Origin: a virus
Lineage: Duplodnaviria; Caudoviricetes
Length of the DNA: 64,000 bases
Direction: 5' to 3' (one strand)
Virus record (IMG/VR): IMGVR_UViG_3300030098_006079
The number at the start of each line of letters is the position of its first letter. Within the stretch, counting starts at the first letter, position 1. The notes below the pieces were generated by a model. It did not search any database. It saw only the letters and a program-made list of their open reading frames with translations, and was not told where the DNA came from. Made by a program: the position numbers and the translations under genes. Below, piece after piece: positions 28,116-42,100 of the stretch.

Positions 28116-30056
28116 ATGGCTAGCAAAGATTTCATAGTAAAAAACGGTCTAAGGATAGGAGGTTCATCAGGGACCGGAGGCTTAACAGCCAGTAACGCGA
28201 GTTTTTTAACCAGTCTTAGCGCTGCAGGTATATGCGGTGCTGCAGGAACTGGTTTTGCTACCGGAGCAACTATAGCCCTCGCAGGAGATGTAACTGGTTC
28301 AGTCGACTTAGATACCTTAGGTGGTACTAAAACAATTACAGCGACGATTGCTGCTGATAGTGTTGCTTTAGGTACTGATACTACAGGTAGTTATGTTCAG
28401 TCTTTTGGAGTCAATACTACGTATCAAACACTAACCGGTACTATTGGTACAGGAGAAGGAGCTGACGTAACAGGGTTAGGTTTGTCTGCAACCGGTGTAC
28501 ATGCTGGTTCATATGGTAGTAGTACTGCTATTCCAACAATCACAGTCTTATCTGATGGTCGAATATCCTCTATTAATACAGCTGCTATATCTACAGATTT
28601 AACTATTGCTGCAGATAGCGGTAGTAATGATACAGTATCAATTGGTACTGATACATTAACATTTGCTGGTACATCTAATGAAATCGAAACTACAGTTAGC
28701 GATAATCAGATACAGATTGGTTTACCTAACAATGTCACATTAGGTGGAGATCTACGATTAAATGGTAATTCTATTAATGATAGTAGTGACACAACTGCTA
28801 TACAATTCGATGGTTCTGGTAATACAGAAATTTGTGGTAACTTAACAGTACAAGGAACTCACACTACTCTTAACACATCTGTTACATCTACTACCACAGC
28901 TACAGAGAATAACTTTGTTATTACATCTACAGATACAGGTGCGGACGCAGCTCCAGATTTAAAATTATATCGTAATAGTTCCAGTCCTGCTGATAATGAT
29001 AGAATTGGTAACATTATTTTCACAGGCAGAAATGATAATACACAAGATGTAGATTATGGACAGATTGTAACTCGGATTACTGATGCGTCGGATAGTTCAG
29101 AAGATGCCTATTTAACATTTAAAACAATGGCAGCAGGTACTCTTTCAGATCGACTTACTATTAATAGTGGGTTGGTAGGTATTGGTACTACTGCACCAGG
29201 CCATACATTATCTGTTGCAGGTACTATTAGTGCTTCAGGTGTTATTTATGGTGATGCATTTAACTCCGCGTCAGGTGGATCTACTATAGATTTTAAAGAT
29301 GATGTATTACAACATGGCGCGTTAAGTGTTACAGGCGCTATAAGTGGTAATAGTTCTCTTACTATAAATGGTGATTCTACACTCGGTAATGCATCTGGAG
29401 ATACAATAACTCTTAACGGTGCAACAATAAATATACCAAATGTTGCTGCTGGTACAGATAATACAGTAGTAATATATAACGGGTCAACACTGTTAACTGA
29501 TGAGATTGATTCAAGGGTATGGGGTAGTACATTAATAGATGGTACAGGTAACGCTAATAGAATCGCTAAATTTACTGATGGAGATACAATTGCTGATTCT
29601 TCTATAACAGATGATGGTAATGCTATTATAATTGGTACATCAACAGGTACAACAGCTAATGCTTTTTCAGTATCTGCTACTGCAACAGCAGGTTCTATAC
29701 AGTTTAATAATAATAGAACAGCATATCATTCTGTAAGTTCTACAATTGCTAACTCTGCATCTGGTACTTTAATACGTATTCCTAAAGCTGATTATAGGAC
29801 TAGTAAAATAGTTATATCCGCTAAAGGTACATCTGCATGTACATGTCATGCAGAAGCTACAGAGCTGCTTATTGTACATGATGGTGCAAACGCGGCGTTT
29901 TCAACTGAATTTGCTATTGTACGTACTGGAGATCAAGTCGGTACATATTGTGCAGAAGTTATTGGTGGAGATGTTGAGCTTAGAGCGACAAACGAACTAG
30001 GTGGAAGTGCAACTGCCACATTTGTTGCATCAGTACATCATCTTGGAGAACTATAA
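28116..30056 (+). CDS. Tail fibre/virion structural protein
   Basis: G/S/T/A-rich fibre composition, VGIGTT repeat, modules shared with the 30142 and 43422 proteins. Confidence 0.78.
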   Translation: MASKDFIVKNGLRIGGSSGTGGLTASNASFLTSLSAAGICGAAGTGFATGATIALAGDVTGSVDLDTLGGTKTITATIAADSVALGTDTTGSYVQSFGVNTTYQTLTGTIGTGEGADVTGLGLSATGVHAGSYGSSTAIPTITVLSDGRISSINTAAISTDLTIAADSGSNDTVSIGTDTLTFAGTSNEIETTVSDNQIQIGLPNNVTLGGDLRLNGNSINDSSDTTAIQFDGSGNTEICGNLTVQGTHTTLNTSVTSTTTATENNFVITSTDTGADAAPDLKLYRNSSSPADNDRIGNIIFTGRNDNTQDVDYGQIVTRITDASDSSEDAYLTFKTMAAGTLSDRLTINSGLVGIGTTAPGHTLSVAGTISASGVIYGDAFNSASGGSTIDFKDDVLQHGALSVTGAISGNSSLTINGDSTLGNASGDTITLNGATINIPNVAAGTDNTVVIYNGSTLLTDEIDSRVWGSTLIDGTGNANRIAKFTDGDTIADSSITDDGNAIIIGTSTGTTANAFSVSATATAGSIQFNNNRTAYHSVSSTIANSASGTLIRIPKADYRTSKIVISAKGTSACTCHAEATELLIVHDGANAAFSTEFAIVRTGDQVGTYCAEVIGGDVELRATNELGGSATATFVASVHHLGEL

Positions 30057-30082
30057 CATTAATATTAATTTATATGTATTTC

Positions 30083-30107
30083 AAAAGGGCCTTCGGGCCC
30101 TTTTTTT
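30083..30107 (+). terminator. Rho-independent terminator
   Basis: AAAAGGGCC-TTCG-GGCCC plus T7; TAAATA follows at 30110. Confidence 0.9.
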
Positions 30108-30141
30108 ATTAAATAATTACGTAAGTGGATAGTGGAAACTT

Positions 30142-33100
30142 ATGGCAACTAAAAATTTCTTTGTAAACGACGGGCTGAAAGTCAAAGGCAATACGTTACT
30201 TAACGGTAATACGTATACTGATGGAGCTTCAGCGAAACTACATGTTAAGTCAGCTCCTAACGGTACAGGTGCTAACCTAGCGAATGTTAACGGAATCCTA
30301 GTTGAGAATAGCGGTACAGGTAACACCAACTATGCTCTCAAACTCGCTTCAGGCTCCGGAAATATCTTTAATGTAAGTAACGCAGGTAACGTAGGTATTG
30401 GTGTAACTGATGCTAGTTCTATACTTCATATTGTCGGTCCTGGTACTCATCCTACGTCACTTGCTCACTTTGATACTCAATCTATTGCCCGTTTTGAAGC
30501 TGATAGTAGTAATGCCGTAAGTTTATATATTACAGAAGGTGCTGATGGATCTTATTTACAGGTCACAGATGGCACAACAGATTCAAGTACAGCTAAAGAT
30601 TTAAACTTACAACCATTCGGTGGTTGTGTTGGTATAGGTACAACTAATCCAGGTAAGAGTTTACATGTATATACTTCTGATGATATTATAAGTAAGTTTT
30701 CTAGTTCAGATGCTGGTGGTAGAATACTAATTAATGACTCTACTACCAATGCTTATATTAATGCATCTAATGGAGTTGCTTCATTAGGTCAGTGTAATGG
30801 ACTAAACAATAGTAATCTTAATATATTAAGCGCTGGACAAGTTGGTATAGGTACTACAAGTCCTGGTAATCTTTTAGAATTATATAGCTCAGCACCTGTA
30901 TTATCAATTAAGGATGGAGGGGCATATGGAACGAATGCTACCTCCTATATAGATTTTAAAGATAGTTCTTCAGTAATGTCAAGAGTAGGTGTTGCTGGTG
31001 TCGCTGGTACATTAGATGTTGATAATTTAAAAGCAAATAGTATTAGACTTCGTACTAATGGTAGTACTCAAGTTACAGTTACTAGCGCTGGTAATGTCGG
31101 TATAGGTACAACTGACCCGAATTACAGCTTAGACGTTACTTCGTCAGGTAGTCAGACTATAAGAGTAAAGTCTACAGATAATCATGCAGCTGTTAGAATT
31201 GATAGGCCATCAGATAGCTATGATAGTAATTTAATGTTTCAAACAAACGGAACTACTAAATGGCGATTAGGTCAAGGCGTAGTTACGGCAGGTGATAATT
31301 ATTTAGCTATATATGATGACATTAATGATGCTGGTCATACCACGTTTAAGGCTGGTGGTAGTGTTGGTATAGGAACAGCTGAACCAAATGAGAAGCTTAC
31401 AGTCTCAGGTAATATTAGTGCAAGTGGTATAGTATATGCTGATGCATTTAATTCAGTAACAGGCGGTACTGCAATAGATTTTAATGACAATATTGACTTA
31501 GCAGGTAATCTTACATTGAGTGGTTATGTTAGCGCTAATGGTGGTTATTGTAGTGATGAAAATGCTAATGCTAAGTTCGGTACATGTGCGTTAAACGGTC
31601 TAACAACAGGTCTGTATAACGTCGCAATAGGTACAAGCGCTCTGCGTTCAAATACTAGCGGTTGTGATAACGCTAGTGTAGGTCAAGATGCTCTATATGC
31701 TAATACAACCGGTTGCAAAAATGTAGCGTTAGGTCGAGCTGCGTTAAGGTATAATACGACTGGTAAATGGAATTCAGCAGTTGGACATACAGCTTTGTTT
31801 TGTACTACAACTGGTTGTAAAAATACTGCTAGCGGTGCATATGCTTTGCATTGTAATACAACTGGTATGGAAAACGCAGGGCATGGTTATGCTGCATTAC
31901 TTTGTAACACAACAGCTAATTATAACACTGCAGTTGGTGCTTGTTCTTTATATGCTAATACTACCGGTGCTAATAATACTGCAGTTGGTTTTAAGTCTTT
32001 AGTAACTAACACAACAGGTTGTAGAAATACAGCTAGTGGTAACTATTCTTTAAACTTTAACACAACAGGCTTTAATAATACTGCTCATGGTTTTCAAGCT
32101 TTACTTAATAATACAACTGCGAAAGGTAATACTTCTACAGGTTATTATTCTTTAAGAGCTAACACAACAGGTTGTCATAATACTGCTAGTGGTTATTACG
32201 CTTTGTACAGTAATACAACAGCTCATTATAACACAGCAGTTGGTGCGTGTGCTTTATTTGCTAACACAACAGCTGATTACAATACAGCATTTGGTTCTCA
32301 ATCGTTAAAAGCTAACACAACCGGTGGAGGTAACTTAGCACTTGGTTATGCTGCTTTAACAAATAACACAACAGCTAGTTATAACACTGCAGTTGGTTAT
32401 GCTGCTTTATTTGATAACACAACAGGTGGTTTGAATACTGCAGTAGGTAGACAAGCATTAGAAAATAATACAACCGGTGGTAAAAACACCGCTAGTGGTT
32501 ACTTCGCTTTAGGTTCTAATACAACTGGTTCTTGTAATGATGCTTTCGGTTGGAACGCTTTATTAACTAACACTACTGGTGGTTATAATACAGCGATGGG
32601 TCTTTGGGCCTTAAAACTTAACACTACTGGCTGTAAAAATGCCTCTGTAGGTTCACATTCTTTACAATCTAACACAGAGGGTTGTGTTAATACAGCAATA
32701 GGTTATCAATCTTTACAAGCTAACACAACCGCGTCTTATAATACAGCAGTCGGTAGTTGTGCCTTGTTTGATAATACAACTGGTCATTCAAATACTGCAA
32801 GTGGATTCTATTCATTAGCTAACAATACTACTGGTTGTAAAAACGTTGCTGCGGGTGCATGGTCGTTGGGTAAAAATACGTCTGGTTGCTCTAATACTGC
32901 TAGTGGATATACCTCGTTGTGGGAGAATACAACAGGTTATGGTAATGCAGCGCATGGTACGAAGTCTCTTTGTAAAAATACTACAGGTTATAGTAATATT
33001 GCTGTAGGTTCTCAAGCTCTTACAACTAACACAACTGGTCATTCAAATACTGCTAGTGGTTACTTCGCTTTAAAATGTAACACAACAGGTGGTAAAAACA

Positions 33101-36100
33101 CAGCAGTAGGTTTATGTGCTTTACATTCTAATACTACAGCTGAATACAATACTGGTATTGGTTGGCGGGCTTTACTAACTAACACAACTGGTTGTAGAAA
33201 TACTGCTACTGGTATGTATGCTTTAACCAATAACTCAACAGGTGGTTGTAATACTGCTAGTGGTAGTTATTCGTTATATGCTAATACATGTGGTAGTTGG
33301 AACGCAGCAGTTGGTTATAAGGCTCTAAAATCTAATACAACAGCTAGTTTTAATACAGCAGTTGGTACATGTTCTTTACATTCTAATATATCTGGTTCTC
33401 GTGGTACCGCAGTCGGTTATCTGGCAGCAGTAAATAACACTTGTGGTCATCATACTACTGCAATAGGTAATCAAGTTTTATATTCTAATACAACAGGTCA
33501 TAGTAATACTGGTAGTGGTAGTTATGCTTTGTACAAAAACACAACTGGTGCATGTAACCAGGCATATGGTACTCTTTCCTTGTATCATAATACTACTGGT
33601 TGTTTAAACTCGGGTTTTGGTAGATCTACTTTATGTTCCAACACAACAGGTAGTTTCAACACCGCGATAGGATCCTGCGCTTTACCTAAAAATACTACTG
33701 CTTCTGATAATGTTGCTGTTGGTTATGCAGCGTTAAAAGTTAATATAATAGGCGCCAGAAATACAGCAGTTGGTAACTGTGCTTTATGTGCTAATGTATG
33801 TGGCAACGGTAACGCAGCATTTGGTCATAAAGCTATGAGAGATACCACAAGCGGTATTTATAATACTGCCAGCGGTGCATTTTCATTACATAATAACACA
33901 ACAGGTTCAACTAATGCTGCTCATGGTAATCTTGCTTTGTACAGTAACACAACAGGAGCTAATAATACTGCAAGTGGTACAAAGTCGTTATATGATAATA
34001 CAACTGGTTGTCTGAATACTGCAATTGGTTATGAGACTTTGTATGAGAATACAACATCTAATTATAATACTGCAGTTGGTGCATGTTCTTTATATGCTAA
34101 TACAACAGGAGCTAGTTTAGTCGCAGTTGGTTATAACGCTTTAAAATCAAGCACATGCGCTAATTGTAGTACAGCAGTTGGTCATCAAGCATTAATGGAT
34201 CAAACTACAGGAGGTGGTAATACTGCGGTAGGTCAAGCAGCAGGTGAAAATGTTACTACAGGTGTAGCGAATGTTATTGTAGGTGTGAAAGCTCTTTGTA
34301 CAGCAACAGTAGCTCATTATAATACAGCTATAGGTTATCAAGCACAAAGACAAACTACTACCGGGCATTGTAATATTGCAATTGGTTATAATAGCTTACT
34401 TAATAACACAACTGCTTGTAATAATGTTGGAGTTGGTTTAGATGCTCTATACACGGGTACAACTGGTAGTCACAATACTGCTATAGGTACAAGAACATTA
34501 TATGCTAATACCACCGGCTCTAAAAATGTAGCCTTAGGTTTTAGAACTTTGTGTTCTAACACTGAAGGTTTAAACAATGTTGCTTTAGGTGCGTTTGTTC
34601 TAGATGCAAACACTACAGGTCGTTGTAATACCGCTAGTGGTTATGCAGCAATGTATAATAACACAACGGGTTGTCGTAATACTGCAGTCGGTGATTGTGC
34701 TCTACATGATAATACAACTGGTCACGATAATGTTGCTATTGGTAGACACGCTTTAGTTAACAGCACAACAGCTGGTGCTAACACAGCAGTAGGTTCATGC
34801 GCATTACTTAGTAATACCACAGGAGCATCTCTTGTAGGTATTGGTTATCTAGCACTTGCAGCTAATACTACAGGAATTAGAAATACAGCTTTAGGAGTAT
34901 ATTCTCAAAGATATACTAGTACAGGCAACTTTAATACCTCTAGTGGTTATATGTCGTTGTGCTCTAACTCTACTGGTTGTAACAATACAGCTTTTGGTGA
35001 TCTAGCTTTAAGAACTAATACAACAGCTAGTTATGCTACTGCAGTAGGTGGCTGCGCTTTACATAGTAACACTACAGGGTCATATAATACCGCTGTTGGT
35101 TTTCATGCTGCATCCTCTAATACAACAGCATTTGGTCAAACAGCTATAGGTTACCATGCATTAATTTGTAACCAGACTGGTTGCCGTAATACTGCTTTAG
35201 GTGTTTTCGCATTGTGTTGTAACGTATCTGGTTGTGATAATACAGCAAGTGGTGTATATGCTCTATATAAAAATACAGGGTCAAATAACTCTGCATATGG
35301 TTTCGCATCATTAATAACTAACAGCTCTGGTGAGTATAACACAGCAGTTGGTGGTTGTTCTTTATATGCTAATACTACTTCTTGTAACAATACTGGTATT
35401 GGTTGGATGTCCTTAAAGAGTAATACAACCGGAGCTAGTAATACAGGAGTAGGAGCTAATACATTACAGAGCAATACTACTGGTGGTAATAATGTTGCTA
35501 TAGGTGACTGTGCTTTACTTTGCAATACAACTGGTGGTCACAATATTGGTATTGGTCATGGTGCTTTATGTGATGCAACGACAGCGGGTGGTAATGTTGC
35601 GATCGGTGGTGTTGCTATGGAGAACACTACAACAGGAGAATATAATATTGCTCAAGGTAAGTATGCTCTTAATGCTAATACAACAGGTTGTCGAAATGTA
35701 GGTTTAGGTTACGCCGCTTTAATTGCTAACACAACTGCTAGTAAAAATACCGCGGTTGGTACTTGTGCTATGTATGATACCTCAACAGGTATTCTTAATA
35801 CTGCAGTTGGAAATGAAACTTTAGTAAACAACACTACAGGAAGCTACAGTACAGCAGTTGGTGCTTGTGCTTTGAAGACTAATACTACCTCTAGTTATAA
35901 CGACGCTTTTGGTATGGGTGCGTTGTGTACTAATAACGGTGGTACCCATAATGTAGCGGTAGGTGGTGTTGCTTTACGATTTAATACTACTGGTTGCAGA
36001 AACACAGCAAGTGGTCATTACGTGATGGGTAAGAACACTACAGGTTGTATGAATGTAGCTTACGGTTATTATGCATTAGTATGTAATACAACAGCTAATA

Positions 36101-39100
36101 GTAATACAGCGGTTGGTGCATGTTCTTTATATGCTAATACAACAGGTGCTAATAATACTGCTAGTGGTTATAGATCTTTAGCAAATAATACAACAGGTAG
36201 TGATAACACCGCCGTTGGGTGGTCTGCTATAAAGTCTAATACAACAGGTAGTCATAATGCTGCATTAGGTTATCAAAGTATGCAAGCTACCACAACAGGC
36301 CATTCGAATGCTGCGATTGGTAAACAAACTTTATATGCTAATACATGCGGACAAAGAAACACAGCAAGTGGTTATAGAGCTTTATTTAATAACACTTCCG
36401 GTTCTGGTTCTGTCGCACTTGGTGCATGTGCTTTATGTGGTAATACAACTGCTGGTAATAATATTGCTATAGGTAGAGGTGCTATGAGAAACAATACTAC
36501 TGGTAGTATTAATAGTGCAAGTGGTTATAAATCCTTGTACGCTAACACAACCGGTACACACAATGCCGTTCATGGTTATGAAGCTATGTGTAAGAATACA
36601 ACCGGTGGTTATAATACTGCAATCGGTACATGCGCTTTATTTAATAATACTGGTAATGATAATGTTGCATTAGGATATGCTGCTGGTATTAATAATACTT
36701 CGGGTTGTAATAATGTATTTTTAGGAACAAACTCTTGTGCATGTGATGCTACTTTATGTAATGTTGTTGCTATTGGTAAGTCAGCAGTTGCAACAGCTAC
36801 TAATCAAATCGCATTAGGTGGCTCGAGTCATACAGTAGACTTAGCTGCTTGTAAGTTAACAATTGGTGGTAGCGGTGGTACTGCAGGTTATGTAATGTGT
36901 ACTGATGGTTCTGGTAATGTTGGTTGGACGTCAATCGCTGGTGCTTCTGGAGGTGTTACTTGTGTTGCTACAGCCAATACTCATGTTGGCGATGGTTCAA
37001 TGTCTAATGTAGTTGCTCTTTCAGCTGTACATAACACAGCATATGGTTATCAATCTTTAAAAGAGCTAACATGCGGAGATTATAATACAGCCATTGGGTC
37101 ATGTTCTTTAGGTAAAACAACTACTGGGCTTAGAAATACAGCAAGTGGTTATGCAGCTTTATGGAAAAATACAACTGGTTGTGAAAATACAGCGAGTGGT
37201 ATATATGCTTTAATGAACAATACAACTGCTTCAGAGAATACAGCAGTTGGTAATAGAGCGCTTCTCACTAATAGTACAGGTTGTGCTAATACAGCAGTTG
37301 GTTCAAGCGCTCTTAGAGTCAATACAACAGGTTTAAGACATACGGCGTTTGGTGTAGAGGCTTTAAAGAACAATACAACAGGTAGCTATAATAATGCTCA
37401 AGGTTATGGTGCTCTGTTTACTAACACAACAGGTCAAACCAACGATGCATTTGGTTATGCTGCTCTGTACGCTAATACAACTGGAGGATGTAATGCCGCA
37501 TTTGGTCATGCACCCTTAGCTAAGAATACAACTGGTAATCAAAACACTGCTGTTGGTAATCTTGCTTTATGCTCTAATACAACTGGTAATTATAGTACAG
37601 CGGTAGGTACAAAATCATTATATACAAACACAACTGGTAACAACCAAGCATTTGGTTCATTTTCATTAAAGAAAAACACAACTGGTACTCTTAATAATGC
37701 ATTTGGTTATGCAGCAATGGAAGAGAATACAACAGGTGATTGTAATACTGCAATGGGTCATGCTGTATTAAACAAAAATACAACAGGTTGTAATAATACT
37801 GCCCTTGGCGTACAAGCTTTATACTGTAATACAACAGGTTGTAATAATACTGCAATTGGACGTTCGGCCTTAGAATGTCACACTTCAGGTAAGAATAATA
37901 CAGCCATGGGAACCTGGGCTTTATATAAAACTACAACCGGGCAAAGAAACATTGCTATAGGTAATAGTTCTTTAGAAAAAAATACATGTGGTTGTTGGAA
38001 TGTTGCAATCGGTTCTCGTTCTTTATATTGTAACACAACAGCTTGTGGTAACACAGCAGTCGGTGGTTGTACTTTACACACTAATTCAACAGGAACTCAG
38101 AACACAGCAAGTGGTTATGTAGCTTTAGCAAAAAACACAACTGGCGCTAATAACACAGCTAGTGGTTATAGTGCCTTACAAAAAAATACAACTGGTCATT
38201 CAAATACTGCAGCTGGTTCATGCGCATTACTTAATAACACAACTGGTTGTTTTAATAATGCTTTCGGTAAGAGAGCCTTACGATCTAACACAACAGGTAA
38301 TCATAATCTTGCTATAGGTAATGATGCTCTTTATGGAAACACAACAGGTAATTATAATACTGCTAGTGGTTATTATGCATTAGGACTTGGAGCAGCTGGT
38401 TGTGAAAATGCCGCGTTTGGTTATAAAGCAGGTATGGGTGTTAATGGTGGTAAGCATAACACTGCTGTTGGTTACGAAGCCTTATTAGCTACAGGAACAA
38501 AATGTCTTAATACTGCTATTGGTCATAAGTCTCTGACATCCCTCACAACTGGCTGTAATAATACTGGTGTTGGTTATGGTTCATTATGTAATGCTACAAC
38601 TGCTTGTGATAATACTGCGCTAGGATATGGAGCGTTTGGTGCTCTTACAACTGGTTGTAGAAACGTAGCTGTCGGTCATGGTGCTGGTAATGCAACTACC
38701 ACCGGAGCGTGCAACTTCTTTGGTGGTCATGGTGCTGGGGAGGACAACACTACCGGTCATAGTAATGTAGCAATTGGCAGACAAGCTATGAATAAAAATA
38801 CAACTGCTGCTTATAATACAGTAGTTGGTGCATGTGCTCTTTTCTGTAATACGACAACTGGTATGGCGATGGAAGCATTTGGTTTTCGAGCACTACATAG
38901 TAACACAACAGGTTCTTGTAATACGGGTATAGGTTTTTGTGCTTTATATAGTAATACAAGCGGTTGTTTTAATACCGCGAGTGGTTACAGATCGCTAGCA
39001 ACTAACACTACAGGATGTAACAACGCGTCATATGGTTCATTTACTTTAGCGGCTAATGAATGTGGTTGTTATAATACAGCAATTGGCTTTAACTCGATGA

Positions 39101-42100
39101 AGTGTAATGCATCGGGTAATCAAAACACCGCGAGTGGCTCGTATTCTTTAATGTGTACCTCCTCTGGTAATTATAATACAGCTTTTGGTTATTCAGCTGC
39201 CCTTAACAATACTACTGGAGGATTTAATACTGCAGTAGGTAGAACGTCGCTGTATAATAATACAACAGGTATTGCTAACACAGCTATAGGTATGGAAGCA
39301 TTGTACTGTAATACAACTGCTTCTTATAATGTAGCAGTAGGTTATTGCACATTAAGGACTAATAGTACTGGAGCTAAGAATACTGCCGTTGGTCAAAGCG
39401 CATTAAAATCTAGTACAACTTCCAACTACAACGCCGCATTTGGTTATCAAACATTATTCTCTAATACAACTGGTATTCAAAATACTGCAAGTGGTTCATA
39501 TTCAATGTATGATAATACTACAGGTAGTTATAATGTTGCGTATGGTCTGAATTCATTAGCTAATAACATTACAGGTTGTGCTAATACAGCTATTGGTAAC
39601 AAGACTTTAGAGACTAATACTGCTGGTCATCGTAACGTTGCAATAGGTTGTCTCGCAGGTACGACTATGACTGGTAGTGATAATACTTTCATTGGTACTG
39701 AAGCAGGAAGATATACGACATCTAGTAAGTGTCATGTAGCGATAGGTCGTAACGCAATGAGACATAATTCGACTGGTTGTCGTAATAATGTTATTGGTGC
39801 TTGGGCTTTATATAGAAACACTACAGGAACAAATAATACTGCTAGCGGTTATTATTCTCTTAATTGTAATACAACTGGTAGTAATAATAATGCTGTAGGT
39901 TTGTTTGCTTTACAATGTAGCTGTACAGCTAGTAATAATAACGCAGTAGGTTATGCAGCTTTAATGAAAAATAACGCTGCAGATAATAATGCGTTTGGCT
40001 ACGGTGCTCTACAATATAATACAACTGGTACAAAGAACACCGCTATGGGTTGTCGAGTTATGAATACTAATACAGTTGGTTCTTGTAATACAGCAATGGG
40101 TAGTGAAGCTCTATTTTATAATGAATGTGGTATTTTTAATTCGGCGTTTGGTATAGCTGGTATGTCTTCAAATACAACAGGTTGTCATAATGTTGCAGTT
40201 GGTGGTTGTGCTTTAGCTGGTAACACTACAGCGAATGATAATGTTGCAGTTGGCTTTAAAACGTTATTAGTTTCAACAACTGGTTGTGAAAACGTTGCAA
40301 TTGGTCAGCGCACATTGTGTAGTAATACTACCGGATCAACAAACACAGCTGTCGGTCAACAAGCTCTCGTAAAAAATACTACAGCTCACGACAATACAGC
40401 TGTTGGTAAGAGTAGTATGCATGACAATACAACAGGTACTCTTAATACTGCAGTAGGTAGAAACTCTCTAAATTCTAATACAACAGCTTCTTATAACACA
40501 GCAATTGGTGGTTGTGCGTTATTGACTAATACTACTGGTGCTGCTAATACAGCAAATGGTTTTCGTGCACTAGCATCTAACACTACTGCTTCAGAGAATA
40601 CTGCAAGTGGTTATGCTGCTATGCAATTAAACACAACTGGTTGTGAAAATAGTGCATTTGGTAGAAAAGCAATGTGCTGCAATACAACAGGATTTAATAA
40701 TACAGCAGTTGGAGTAGTTGCGTTAGCTAATAACTCTACCGGTTGTTATAATACTGCAGTAGGTAATAGGGCGATGCTCCTTACTACGTCTAGCTTAAAT
40801 ACAGCAGTTGGTTATGTTGCTTTATGTAAAAATACAACTGGTAATAGTCAGGTCGCTGTTGGAGCATGTGCTTTACATACTAATACAACAGGAGGTGATA
40901 ATGTTGCAATTGGTGTAGAGTCGCTAAGATTTAACACCACCGGTGCTAGTAATGTAGTAGTTGGTAAAGATGCTGCACAATGTAATACGACGGCTAATAA
41001 TAATGTAGCAATAGGTTTGAAAGCTAATGCGCTTAATAAAACCGGATTCGGTAACGTAAGTGTAGGTGCCTGCGCAGCGTATAATTCCATATGTGGTAAA
41101 AACACTGCTATTGGTACAAGTGCTTTAGTTACTAATACAACCGGTGTTTGTAATGTAGTAGTTGGTTGGGATGCAGGTTATAGCACTACTACTGGTGGGT
41201 ACAACGTATTCATGGGCTCAAGAGCTGGTTTTAGTAATACTACAGGTGCTTCAAATACATTTATTGGTAAGGATTCTGGTTACTATACAACAACTGCTAG
41301 TCATAACACTGCTGTTGGTAATGGATCTCTTCTTGTTAACTCAACTGGTAGTTATAATACTGCAAGTGGTAGTTATGCTATGTATGCAACCACAACTGGG
41401 GCACAAAATACAGCGACGGGTTATGCAGCTATGTATTGTAATACAACTGGTAATTACAACGTCGCCGTCGGTCAGAGTTCCATGTACAAAAATGTATCCG
41501 GTAGTTGGAATACAGCGTTAGGTTTTGACAGCATGTCCTGCAACGTAGGTGGTTGTTATAACACAGCGTTAGGTAGAAAAGCAATGTGCTGCAATACATA
41601 TGGTAACTGTAACGCCGCAGGCGGTAATCATGCTTTAAGCTCTAACACAACTGGTTGTGAGAATGTAGCATTTGGTTATGCACCGATGTTGAACAATACA
41701 ACAGGTAAGTGGAATACTGCAATGGGTAGTTTTTCTTTATATAATAACACAACTGCTTGTTACAACACATCGGTTGGTAGACAATCTCTTTTTAGTACTA
41801 CAACAGGTAAACAAAATACAGCTATAGGTAATAGATCTTTATATAGTAACACAACAGCTAGTTATAATACAGGTCTTGGAGATCATGCTGGTTTTGGTAT
41901 TACAAGCGGTACAAGAAACACTACTGTAGGTCATGCGTCGATGCAATGTACATCTACTGGTGATGATAACGTTGCAGTAGGTCATTATTCCTTACATTGT
42001 AACACAACAGCTAACCAGAACGTTGCAGTCGGTGCTTGTACATTAATGAACAACTTAACAGGATCTAATAATACTGCAGTTGGTCATGGTGCTTTACATT

